Shown: piece by piece, positions 52,851 through 64,000 of the stretch
How positions within the stretch are numbered: position 1 is the first letter of the stretch
Layout: the number at the start of each line of letters is the position of its first letter
Origin: Octopus bimaculoides
Taxonomy: Eukaryota
DNA: 64,000 nt
Direction of reading: 5' to 3'
Assembly: GCF_001194135.2 (NCBI RefSeq)
Contig: NC_068988.1
Coordinates: 12,881,947 to 12,945,946, forward strand
Notes under the pieces: model-generated
The model's input: the letters and a program-made list of their open reading frames with translations, nothing else
The model's database searches: none
Told to the model about the DNA's origin: nothing
Made by a program: the position numbers and the translations under genes

Positions 52851-53311
52851 GACGCCTATTAGAGTGACACTGTTTTTCATGTTTTCAAGCTATCAGTGTA
52901 CGCAATTGTCTAGTTGCTGTTATTTACATATATTTTTATTGTCTCGAAGGACGTTCTATATTTGGTAACAAGGTTTTTTTTTTCTTTGATAATTGGATAT
53001 TTAGCTTGATTTCAGGGTTCACTCAAGACAGATCTTGCAAAGATCTGTTTATTTGAATGTGTTATTCAGTTTTCAAACCAGCGCATAATAACCCCCCCCC
53101 CCCCACTTTCTAACTTTGTCTTTCTCTCCATTCCAGTATTCCAGATACAGAGAGAGAGAGAGAGAGAGAGACTGAAGGCTGAGAAAACATAGGGATGTCA
53201 TCACATAAATATATTTGTGAATCTTTCGTGAATTCATACTACCACTCTTTCTCAACTTTATGCGTTTCTACTATTCTTTTGGTAACATTTAACGTTTTTC
53301 TTATTTCACAG

Positions 53312-53377
53312 AAAGTATAAGACTTGAAGGAGATTTGGTTGCTAGCTATCGAACTAAATGTTATGCAATTTTTCCAG
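53312..53377 (+). CDS. 66-nt symmetric (phase 1-1) coding exon candidate, x-SIRLEGDLVASYRTKCYAIFP
   Basis: Acceptor TTTTTCTTATTTCACAG, donor CAG|GTGAAG, open frame with protein-like composition. Confidence 0.5.
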
Positions 53378-53484
53378 GTGAAGAGATAAATAATAATATA
53401 TACGGTTTTCGTGGGTCTTCATTTGTAGTTTCTCGTTACAAGGCAGACATACATAGAGGCAACTCAAGCTGCAGCACGTCTCAT

Positions 53485-53620
53485 CAGTGGTGTAGTTTGT
53501 GAGTGTGTGCCGCCCAGAGCAATCCTTCTACAGGCTTCTATATCAGACCCAACTATCCCGTCCCTTTAAAAATGTCGCCCGGGGTGGATACCCTCCTACC
53601 TACCCCCTTAGCCATACTCT
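53485..53620 (+). mobile_element. GC-rich non-autonomous DNA-transposon-like fragment
   Basis: CAGTGGTGTAG...GTCGCCCGGGGTGGA...CCCCCTTAGCCATAC ends resemble CAGTGGCGTAGC-type TIRs. Confidence 0.35.
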
Positions 53621-53671
53621 ACGCCTAGCCTTTCGTCACCTCGGCCTTGCGATCAGATGTTCTCCTTCCCC

Positions 53672-53727
53672 CTCTCACATAGATCCTCGAAGACAGAAAT
53701 TTGTGTCTTGGAGGATCTATGTGAGAG
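53672..53727. repeat. 56-nt near-perfect hairpin (23 of 24 bp paired, 8-nt loop)
   Basis: CTCTCACATAGATCCTCGAAGACA-GAAATTTG-TGTCTTGGAGGATCTATGTGAGAG. Confidence 0.9.
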
Positions 53728-54591
53728 GTCCACAGCTTCGGTGATCTCCCACGTAGTCTGGAGCGACGGACGTCTTGGCAGAATGCCAACGCTCTATAAG
53801 TTAAAGGATGGTATTCTAATTACATAGTCGAACAACTTCAATCTGTATTACTTGTGTTACCGAAATCTCTTCATACAGAGATTTCTAAGCTTCTCTCATG
53901 ATATCCTCGTATAGAGCTTAAAAGAAGGCATTTCAAAAACTAGTCTGGATGCTTCAAGCAGAATTCACTCTATCACAGACATTCAAATCAAACCTCCAGT
54001 TTGAGGATATTTTACTTCCTTCTCACCAGTATCGGAGGCCCGGAAAAAGAGCATTCTTCTCTCTTTCTCTCATTGACTAATTCACTCCCATATATATTAC
54101 TGACATGAATAAACATTTATCAACATGTATGCGCTCATATGTATCTACATACACAGACATAGCATTAATATTAACGCACTCAGACCAACACCGATATCTA
54201 CATATGCGCCCATATGTGAATGCGACCGATATATGTATGTATGTATGTGTGTATATACGCACGCGCACACACAACTTTCACACTTCCTATTAAGTTCCTA
54301 TAAATAGGTTTGACTACAAAAACACTACACTGGCGCTCAAATACACGACCTGATTATCATCGGAGTATGCTGTGTTTCAACGTGTCTATCTATCTATCTA
54401 TCTATCTATCCATGCAACATACAGAATGAATTAGAAGAGAAGTTTCTTTGTCATTTAAATATATTGTTACAATTTGATTTTAAAAACTTTATATTTCAAA
54501 TACTACATTTGCTTTTTCTGTGAATATCTTTTACCCCCTCCCTACATAATATATATACAATAATCCCTCGACTATCGCGGGTGGGCAAGAC

Positions 54592-55400
54592 NNNNNNNNN
54601 NNNNNNNNNNNNNNNNNNNNNNNNNNNNNNNNNNNNNNNNNNNNNNNNNNNNNNNNNNNNNNNNNNNNNNNNNNNNNNNNNNNNNNNNNNNNNNNNNNNN
54701 NNNNNNNNNNNNNNNNNNNNNNNNNNNNNNNNNNNNNNNNNNNNNNNNNNNNNNNNNNNNNNNNNNNNNNNNNNNNNNNNNNNNNNNNNNNNNNNNNNNN
54801 NNNNNNNNNNNNNNNNNNNNNNNNNNNNNNNNNNNNNNNNNNNNNNNNNNNNNNNNNNNNNNNNNNNNNNNNNNNNNNNNNNNNNNNNNNNNNNNNNNNN
54901 NNNNNNNNNNNNNNNNNNNNNNNNNNNNNNNNNNNNNNNNNNNNNNNNNNNNNNNNNNNNNNNNNNNNNNNNNNNNNNNNNNNNNNNNNNNNNNNNNNNN
55001 NNNNNNNNNNNNNNNNNNNNNNNNNNNNNNNNNNNNNNNNNNNNNNNNNNNNNNNNNNNNNNNNNNNNNNNNNNNNNNNNNNNNNNNNNNNNNNNNNNNN
55101 NNNNNNNNNNNNNNNNNNNNNNNNNNNNNNNNNNNNNNNNNNNNNNNNNNNNNNNNNNNNNNNNNNNNNNNNNNNNNNNNNNNNNNNNNNNNNNNNNNNN
55201 NNNNNNNNNNNNNNNNNNNNNNNNNNNNNNNNNNNNNNNNNNNNNNNNNNNNNNNNNNNNNNNNNNNNNNNNNNNNNNNNNNNNNNNNNNNNNNNNNNNN
55301 NNNNNNNNNNNNNNNNNNNNNNNNNNNNNNNNNNNNNNNNNNNNNNNNNNNNNNNNNNNNNNNNNNNNNNNNNNNNNNNNNNNNNNNNNNNNNNNNNNNN
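54592..55400. other. Assembly gap (N). Other gaps: 35399-35408, 37927-37936, 50184-50492, 56446-56743, 57232-57388
   Basis: Runs of N, mostly flanked by (TA)n. The left flank TAATCCCTCGACTATCGCGGGT resembles a Tc1/pogo MITE terminus. Confidence 0.99.
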
Positions 55401-55419
55401 NATATATGTATGTATTGAA

Positions 55420-55900
55420 ACAAAGAACTATATTATACATACAATTACACGTACACACACACACACACACACACAGTTACATTCAACACGAATACAGTAA
55501 CATAATACATGTATACACACGCACAGTTACATTTAATACATACATGCATACAAAAACAGCTACATTTCATACGTACATACATGCACATAGCACCCTTCCA
55601 CCGTATACACCCACAATACTAACACACGAACAGTTAGATTTAATACATACACACCCAAAACTGACACACGTACACAATTGCATTAATACATGTACACATA
55701 CATGACAGTAGCACACACACACACACACGACACCAACACGCGCACATAAAGTTATATTTAATATATGGGCGCGCACGCACTCACACACACACATCCACAG
55801 TTACATTCCACACGTACCCACATACACAAACTCACACAACACTAACACGCAAGCACAAAGTTACATTCCCTACAATCACACACACCACAATACATTACAC
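55420..55900. repeat. CA-rich complex minisatellite with recurring ACAGTTACATT motif
   Basis: About seven degenerate (C/A)AGTTACATT(C/T) units, spaced 40-110 bp apart in (CA)-rich filler. Confidence 0.7.
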
Positions 55901-57929
55901 ACATACATTCGACCCAAAGATACGGTCCATTTAACTCATGCTTGCGTATTAATATTACAAAAAGAAAATAAGACAGAACATAATACTCCTATATATTCAT
56001 CTTCTTACATAGCTATATATAGCTTAAATATACAATGCTAAACCATTGGAACTAAATAAATGCATATTCTTCGCGCGGTACACAAACTATGACAACTTTA
56101 TTAGACTCATGTTAGACGATGGAAAGTTCCTCAGTTAGTTTCTATCCTGGTATTACTCGTCATGTTATTATTGTATTCATGATGGCAAAGCTAACGTTGG
56201 GCTAGGTGACATATTTTATTGTTTGTGGTGTGACGACGACATTATTCCCCGTTAAAGAGGATCTGGTTACTGTTTGAATACGTGCAATATGTTCAAGTGT
56301 GTTGGGCTGTGTGGGCGCGACCATGTTTCTTTCATTGTGTCGTTACGTGGTTACATGTTTGATATTGATGATACTGAGAATTATCTATCTATCTATATAC
56401 ATATATATATATAGATACAGATATATATATATATATATATATATANNNNNNNNNNNNNNNNNNNNNNNNNNNNNNNNNNNNNNNNNNNNNNNNNNNNNNN
56501 NNNNNNNNNNNNNNNNNNNNNNNNNNNNNNNNNNNNNNNNNNNNNNNNNNNNNNNNNNNNNNNNNNNNNNNNNNNNNNNNNNNNNNNNNNNNNNNNNNNN
56601 NNNNNNNNNNNNNNNNNNNNNNNNNNNNNNNNNNNNNNNNNNNNNNNNNNNNNNNNNNNNNNNNNNNNNNNNNNNNNNNNNNNNNNNNNNNNNNNNNNNN
56701 NNNNNNNNNNNNNNNNNNNNNNNNNNNNNNNNNNNNNNNNNNNCACACGTGTTGATATATACTAATGAGTATGTGGTCTGCAAGTACGTTTTGATTATAA
56801 AATGAGTGCTCAGCACATACTTATCTGGTTTTGGACTATGTTGGGTTCGTCGTTATGAGAAGTTGCTACATTGAGCACCTTCCATTCATCGGAATTTTGA
56901 TAAATTGAGTTTTGCTAATAGATTATTTAATCAGTTAATTTGTTTCTAAGAACGGAAATAACAAGAAACAACCCTTCTGACGAGTGCTAGGACTGGGTTT
57001 TTCCCAAAATCTTGTGTGCAAAAGCGATTGGGAAAATTGGCTGAAATGGATCTATAATACAATAATTGTATAAATATCAATATACACACTCTGTTGACAA
57101 ATATACAAGTAGTTGCCCGTTTTTTTCTGACTCATGGATTCTTAGACTAACACATACGCACACACACCACACACAATAAAATAAGAGTGGCTTATTCGGA
57201 ATTTAACAATGGAAAGGCAGAAATATATATANNNNNNNNNNNNNNNNNNNNNNNNNNNNNNNNNNNNNNNNNNNNNNNNNNNNNNNNNNNNNNNNNNNNN
57301 NNNNNNNNNNNNNNNNNNNNNNNNNNNNNNNNNNNNNNNNNNNNNNNNNNNNNNNNNNNNNNNNNNNNNNNNNNNNNNNNNNNNNNNNTATATATATAAT
57401 TTAGAATATTATATAGAATTCGTAATATATATGAACAGGAGAAAAATAAGGTGTTCTTACTGAACAATTACTGCTTTTTTTTTAATGAAATGTATAATTA
57501 ATTAATTTTGACTTGCAGAAGTGCGCAGATTGTTCACATGTAGATGCTTTTATCTAAATCGCGCGTAAACTTTTAAGTCCACCAAACTGGTTTCTTGTAC
57601 AAAGAGTATATTATTTTATTCTCAAGGGTTGGTTTGAGAGTTGCCTCCCAAATTAGAAATTTCACTCGTGATACAATATCTTGAATTTATACTTGTTACT
57701 TTTCTTGGGAACAATACAATTAGGAAAGCAAATATAACAAAATTAACAAGACGATATTTCTATATAAATCACAATCTTGAAGTGTTTCAGTCATAAATTC
57801 TGTCACCGATTGAAGGGAAACTACTCTTTCATCTTAACATTCAAGTAAAAATTATAAATTCTATCATTGGTTTTGTTCACATTTTTCATATCAGTCTCTT
57901 AGCCTTTATTTTAACTATTATCGATTAAT

Positions 57930-58580
57930 TATTATTATCATTGCAGTATTTCGTCCGTCTTTACGTTTTAAGTCGAAATTCTGCCGCGGTCGATTTTGCC
58001 TTTCATCCTTTCGAAATCGATGAAATAAACAGTAGTTGAACACTGGGGTCGATCTAATCGACTTCACCCCTCCCTTAAACTTGCTTGCCTTGTGCCAAAA
58101 TTTGAAACCGCTATTAAATATCAGAGTAAACGGCAAGCCGGCAGAAACATTATTGCGTCGGAGAAAATGCTTAGTAGTGTTTCTTTAGGTTTTGAGTTCA
58201 AATGTCATCAGGATCGACTTTGCCTTACATCAGTTAGAAGTCAGTAAAATAAATTCCAGTTAGTACTAAGGTCGAATGCGATCGACTTTCCCCTCCTCTC
58301 CAATATCGTTGGCCTTGTGGCAAAAATTGAATATGGAACTAAATATATTGCTGTATCCTGTTATATTCTGCAATTTAAGTCATGCTATGAGTAATTTAAT
58401 AAATTTGCTTCTATTCACAGAAGGAGGTGATCTGGCAGAATTGTTAGCACGCTAAGCGAAAAGCTTACCGGTATTTCGTCCATCTTCACATTCTGCTGAG
58501 GTCGACTTTGCCTTTCATATTATCAAGGTCGATAAAATAAGTACCAGTTGAGCACTGGGGTCGATGTAATCGACTTAACT
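57930..58580 (+). mobile_element. Three tandem same-orientation SINE-like copies
   Basis: The core GGTCGACTTTGCCTTTCAT...CACTGGGGTCGATGTAATCGACT occurs at ~57990, ~58215 and ~58500. Confidence 0.8.
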
Positions 58581-59189
58581 ACTGCTGGGTAAAAGTAGAA
58601 AAAACTGCACCCTTTTCCCAAGCCAGTGTGGCAGAGAAGGCTCGCTCATCAAACCAGTATGACCTGAAACACGAATTCATGGTCTCCTCATCAGACCGTG
58701 GTTGGTAGAGAGAACATGCAGAGACCTTCGTCCTGCAGTGGACTGAACATAGGCAATCCAATCCACTCCAATGGATTAAATACACCTTTCTTTGTTCCAG
58801 GATTAATGTAAAAAAACTTTTTTAATCACTCAAACATTGGGGATAATTTAATTAACTCTACTTTTGCCCAAAATTTATCATTTTGAGATAATATTCACAA
58901 GTCAAGATAAATTATTAAGTAGTTTTTATTTTCACCTGCTAATTAAAAAATTCTAACATGGAGTTGGGGTGGGTGGTATGGCTATGCATTATTTGACGGG
59001 AAGAAAATACTAAATACGTGATTGGCACCCATATATCAACTTTGGATGGTACCAATTTAAGACAGAGAAAGGGGACATGCCCTGCTAGTGTTTTCTTTCC
59101 TTTATTATTGCGGAAAGTGCCCAATATAATTCAAATTGAAATCAAGGCAAAATGTTCATAATAAATCTGATTGATTTAAGTTTCTTAAT

Positions 59190-59278
59190 AATGAAAACTC
59201 ACGCAAGCTTTTACACATAATAAAGTTCACGTAAGCTTTTACACGTAATGAAACTCACGTAAGCTTTTACACGTAACA
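59190..59278. repeat. Three tandem copies of a ~28-29 bp unit
   Basis: Unit AATGAAACTCACGTAAGCTTTTACACGT. Confidence 0.9.
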
Positions 59279-59467
59279 AAAATCAATATAATTTTATGGC
59301 AAACAAAATCGTTGTTTGAGCAAGTTGTTTGCCTCAAGTGAGTTTACGATTAAGGGGAGAGAATCACTTCTAAGTTAAATTAAGTTGAAAAACGATATCT
59401 GTACAAATCAGCGAGAACAGAATATATAATATTGTTTCCTGTAAACGTTGCAGAATTTTCCTTTCAG

Positions 59468-59563
59468 ACAATAATTTAATAAACATTATTGAATCGCTCG
59501 TTCTTTCGGAGAATTGGCTAATAAACAAAGCAGAACTCTTCTTTCAGTCAGCGAATTGTTCAG
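59468..59563 (+). CDS. 96-nt symmetric (phase 1-1) coding exon candidate, D-NNLINIIESLVLSENWLINKAELFFQSANCS
   Basis: Acceptor ATTTTCCTTTCAG, donor CAG|GTATAG. Only the phase-1 frame is open, and it joins 53377 in frame. Confidence 0.55.
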
Positions 59564-59588
59564 GTATAGCTGTGTAAGTTTTCCTTGT

Positions 59589-59651
59589 GAAGTGGTGGAA
59601 TGAAAATAGACGCGAGATATATCTCACGTTTTATTTTCATTCCTCCACTTC
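59589..59651. repeat. 63-nt imperfect hairpin (~27 bp)
   Basis: GAAGTGGTGGAATGAAAATAGACGCGAGAT-AT-ATCTCACGTTTTATTTTCATTCCTCCACTTC. Confidence 0.9.
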
Positions 59652-59708
59652 ATTCTCTATTTCATATCGTATCTAGAATAACTATTGCTTAACCATTTTC
59701 TCACACCA

Positions 59709-59755
59709 TCTCCGATGAAGGGATATACAAAAATATCCCGGAAACAGCTGTAAGA
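59709..59755 (+). ncRNA. Minimal type I hammerhead-ribozyme-like motif (Penelope-type) with CCGATGA core variant
   Basis: TCT-CCGATGA-AGGGATAT ACAAAA ATATCCCG-GAAA-CAGCTG-TA-AGA: 7-bp stem II, palindromic stem III ACAGCTGT, GUA triplet, stem I TCT/AGA. Confidence 0.6.
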
Positions 59756-60551
59756 CCTTCTATTTATAAATGTTCTGAAATCTTTCAGTCTTGGATTTTT
59801 ATCTCATTCTGTTAATTTATATATATATATATATAAGTATAGATATATATATATGTAGATATATATGATGGACCTCTTTCAGTTTCTGTTTGCCAAATTA
59901 ACTCACAAGGCTTTGTTTGGCCAAGGGCTATAATAAAAGACACTTTTCCAAGGTACTGTACAGTGGGACTGAACCCAAGGTCAAGTAGTTGGGAATGAAA
60001 GCATAATTCTCTAGAAAGAAAAAACTGCTAATTGGTTTATCTTGTTCCTTTTACTTGTTTCAGTCATTAGACTGAAGCCATACTGGGGCACAGCCTTGAA
60101 GAATTTTTTAGCCAAATGAACTGACCCCAGTACTTTATTTTTTAAAGCTTTGTATTTATTCTATTGGTCTCTTTTTACCAAACTGCTAAGTTATGGGGAT
60201 GTAAACACACCAACACCAGTTATTGATCAGTGGTGGGGTAGACAAACACACACACATATATATCTGACAGGCTTCTTTCAGTTTATGTCTACCAAATCCA
60301 CTTACAAGGCTTTGGTCGGCCTGAGGCTATAGTAGAAGACACTTGCCCAAGGTGCCATGCAGTGGGACTGAACTCGGAACCATGTGGTTGGAAAGTAAAC
60401 TTCTTACCACACAGCCATGTCAAGAACCATCATTTTTACATCCACTTTTTTCATGTTGACATGGGTTGGCAGAGATTTCTTGAGGCAACACTCTACAGTT
60501 GGATGCCCTCCTTGATGCCAGCATTTGGTTTTATTCCATGTCTTTGCACAT

Positions 60552-60710
60552 TTAACCTTTAGTATTCCAATTCCTCTATCAACTGTAATGCTTATTTAAT
60601 GAAACTGTTTTCAATTAATCATACATTATCTTGTAGCTTTGATATTTTGATGATGCGATTGCTTATTTTTAAAATGACATTGTAGGATAGGTGTGAGTGG
60701 CTGGATCTGT
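60552..60710 (+). mobile_element. Truncated piggyBac-type MITE
   Basis: Starts TTAACCTTTAGTATTC; the right end is missing. Confidence 0.45.
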
Positions 60711-61964
60711 TCAGGAGTCAAACCCACACTCTTGTGATTGTAACACCCTAACCACTAGGTTATGCACCCTCATTTGATAAAAGTAAAACATTAAGATAAG
60801 CATAATTAGAAATAAAAACATATGAAGATGTAATATTGAGATATACTTGATGCTGAAAATTTAAGCTAAATTTTGATTGGAAAGTATAATTAAGACTTTT
60901 ATAAACAACAGACCTGGAGTAGAGAGGGCATGTCATTGATGAGGTTGGGAATGATGACGTAAGCACTTCAATAAGCCTAGTTGATTGACTGAATGATTAA
61001 TTAAACAATTGATTGGTTAATTGGTCAACTAACTGACAAATAATAATAATAAAAAGTGAAATGGAATCAATGTGTGTATTCACTGTTGGCATAATGACCC
61101 TCCCAAGATACAACAAAATCTGTTTCAACACATGAGTTCATAACAAGAATCTTGCAAACTAAATACAAAAACAACACATTTTTTATTCTTCGTTGATCTA
61201 ATCACTTTATTTACACTGGAAAACACAAATAACAGAAGTTTGAAAAACCAAAAAAATTGTAAGAAATATTTCGTTAAAATTAGAGTTAACAGAATTCAAT
61301 CGGAAATTTGTAATGAAACGTTTTTTTAAACAATAGCAAGGAAAAAAAAATATCGAGTTTGTGAAAAACAACCCAAAATTTACAATAGCATGACCCTACT
61401 GTAGAAATTCACAACGGGATCAGGAAGTGGAGCATTTTAGAACAAATGGTTAAAAAAAAAATCTTAGCATTTTGGCTCCTCAGCAATAATAAAGTCGTAT
61501 ACACACACCAAGGCGAACCCAATACAATTAAACATACAGAAGACGGAAGGAGGCAAAAATACTTGGTGTTAACATTTTCTACTATGAAAAATGATTTGTT
61601 ATATATTGTATATAATTTTAAAATACCACATTTTGATTTTTAAAAAATAAAACTGAAGTGAATCAAAATATTTATGGAATGAAAAAAAAAAAAAAAAGAA
61701 AATACTGGAACGACTAAGAAATATAAATTTTGATAAACAATACATTTTAATGAATGCATATTCATTTAATGAGCCTCTTAATTTAATGGTTACAAGTTGT
61801 TTTCTGGCTCTTCTACCGGCCCTCCAGCTTTACCCCTTCAATTGTATATTCGCCATACTGAATTTCTAGTTTTTCCCAAGCTAATACCAAAATTTTAGCC
61901 ACTGGAATAACTTATTTCCAACACATTACAAACAAACTGTTACAGAAGAAAATATATATATATG

Positions 61965-62014
<50 letters not shown>

Positions 62015-63689
62015 GATATTATGTATATTTTTCATAGAAAAACACATTTCAGTTTCTTTTTGATATTAAAACAGATATATTATTTTCACAACACTCACTC
62101 AATCAATCAATCAATCAATCAATCATAGAACCAATATTATTTATATACTCAACACAACATCACATGATTGTGAGAAAGGTCGTTTAGTTTTCACAGAGAA
62201 GAAATAGAATATCACCAATGTTTGGATATATTTGATATTACGCTGCAGATTAAAAAAATATATCCTCCCCTAGTGGATTATACATGTTAGAGGAAGAAAA
62301 TGGAGTCACAACTAAAAAAAAAAACAAATCTAAAAGAATAAAAGAAACCAAAGACGAAAACAAATCAATCCTGAAGTTATAGAATGATATTTTCATGCAT
62401 TTTAGTACTTTATTTCAGTTTCCTAATTGGCAATGCTGAGACACTGTTGCAAAATACGCTTGGAAAATCCATCCAGTTATCAGATTCGTGTAACTGCATA
62501 TGCCTGTTCTCATGAAAACAGATATATATATATATATATATATATACATACATACACACACAAATGGATATTGTATTGATGGTAGATACATTTTACACCC
62601 AACAAAATATATCTCGAGTGATTCTGTTGACAGGTGCATACACACACAAATAATGCAATAACATGTTTACATACAGGTGCTCAAGTCTTAGTTGCACACT
62701 TGATCACTGCAGGATGCAATAATTTATAAAGGTTCTAAGTTGTTGTTTAACCCTAGGTCAGTCCTAATTGAGCAGACTTATGATCAAAGAATTTCCAGCC
62801 ATGACCATACCACCTAGGACTGCCATAATCCAATATGTCCCCCTTTTTTTTTTTGAAATGGTGTTTTCTGACAAGATAAGCAACTACATAGAGGCTCACC
62901 TAATCACAGGTTCACTTAACACTAATCATTCAAAGAGGGGCAACAACATACATATTTTTGTGTGTTTCTGTGTATGAGTGTGTAGAAAAATAAACACAAA
63001 TACGGCTGTGTGGTTAAGAAGCTTCTTTTGCAACCATGTGGTTTTGGGTTCAGTCCCACTGCAAGAGCCTTCTACTATAGCCCTAGGCCAACTAATGTGT
63101 TGTAGAAGGAAACTGTGTGGAAACCTGTCATGTGTGTGTGTGTGTGTCTTTGTGTCTGTTCCAATCCCTTACTACTTGATAACTGGTGTCAGTTTGTTTA
63201 CATCCTTATAACTAAGCAAAAGAGACCAGTTGAATAAACACCAAGCTTAAAAATAAATACTGGGGTCGATTTGTTTAACTTAAACCTTTCAAGGTGGTGC
63301 TCCTGCATGGCTGCAGTCCAATGACAAATCTAGAAAATAGAAAAGATTTTTGCATTGATTTCTAAAACAAAGTTTAATTACAAACTAATTCTTTGGTTAA
63401 CATGAACACTCTACACCCAAAGTAATTCTTTCATAAATGCTATCTCTGAAAAAACCTAAATAGCATAGCAAGTTTCTTCTTACTTCATATATGCTTCATG
63501 TAATAAACCCACACATGAAGAGATGTAGTTTCCTAACCATCTAGGAAGTTGGATCCTCCAATAAATCCAACAGTACATAAAAGGGGTCTCTGTGAGTTGC
63601 AGTGAAGGCAAACTATTGAGGAGTGCAGTAACTCAGAATGAAAATCTGATACAAGATAGAAGATCTATTTTAGTCCTGGCGAGGAGCAT

Positions 63690-64000
63690 TGCTTAGTACT
63701 AGTGACACTGTGAAATACACTTAATCCATGCTGTATAAAGGTTGGTGATAGACTAGAATATAGTTGTAAATCCATGCCAGCATGGAATGGCAAATGTAAA
63801 ATGATCATGATCATACATTTTTTATAGATACATAAATACATATATCATCATCATCATCATCGTCATCGTTTAACGTCCGCTTTCCATGCTAGCATGGGTT
63901 GGACGATTTGACTGAGGACTGGTGAAACAGGATGGCAACACTAGGCTCCAATCTAATTTGGCAGAGTTTCTACAGCTGGATGCCCTTCCTAATATGTATA
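63690..64000. mobile_element. Tail-to-tail SINE pair
   Basis: Forward tail CCATGCCAGCATGGAA and inverted copy ATCATCGTTTAACGTCCGCTTTCCATGCTAGCATGG. Confidence 0.8.

Noticed and set aside
53862-53884. AAATCTCT-TCATAC-AGAGATTT hairpin containing TACAGAGA
   Set aside because: The nonamer is incomplete (TACAGAGAT) and the motif is buried in the stem; no U6 context.
56985-57010. CTGACGAG and (at ~58690, minus) CTGATGAG as hammerhead or C-box candidates
   Set aside because: No GAAA after a stem II, and no properly spaced D box or terminal stem.
50060-57467. Long ORFs of 119-374 aa in the track (for example 54581-55705, 54496-55470, 50060-50572)
   Set aside because: They span N-gaps (poly-X) and microsatellites, so they are artefacts.
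57519-57564. Plus-strand exon candidate EVRRLFTCRCFYLNRA
   Set aside because: Weak donor (CGC|GTAAAC), and its phase-2 end would put a stop in exon 59468; not included in the model.
61800-61945. Minus-strand frame AKILVLAWEKLEIQYGEYTIEG
   Set aside because: Protein-like but has an in-frame stop just upstream, weak splice signals and no phase partner found.

Overview
Eukaryotic, AT-rich, repeat-dense genomic DNA with six N-gaps. The SINE, RTE, piggyBac-MITE and microsatellite landscape resembles an Octopus (coleoid cephalopod) genome; that assignment is inference. There is no CRISPR array and no rRNA or tRNA gene, and most ORF-track entries are noise from gaps, microsatellites or decayed TEs. 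Left half (1 to ~35 kb): CpG-poor intronic DNA of a minus-strand gene that probably starts in a CpG-rich promoter zone at 35.0-36.9 kb. From splice signals I read a phase-consistent chain: start microexon 28332-28346, then 9607-9670, 7178-7218 and 4535-4829. The last exon has two long open frames, one Arg/Ser/Asp-rich, and several stop-containing (poison-like) cassettes lie in the first long intron. This resembles an autoregulated splicing-factor or SR-kinase-type gene, but I cannot name it. Right half: a plus-strand transcript candidate (first exon ending at the 36670 donor; candidate coding exons 53312-53377 and 59468-59563) and two antisense microexon candidates. TE relics include RTE LINEs, a pogo transposase, a Ty3/Gypsy pol, MITEs and many SINEs. 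Other notable structures are three Penelope-type minimal hammerhead ribozyme motifs, two pre-miRNA-sized hairpins, two ~145-bp foldbacks and recurrent tail-to-tail inverted SINE pairs. All exon calls are manual and need RNA-seq confirmation.
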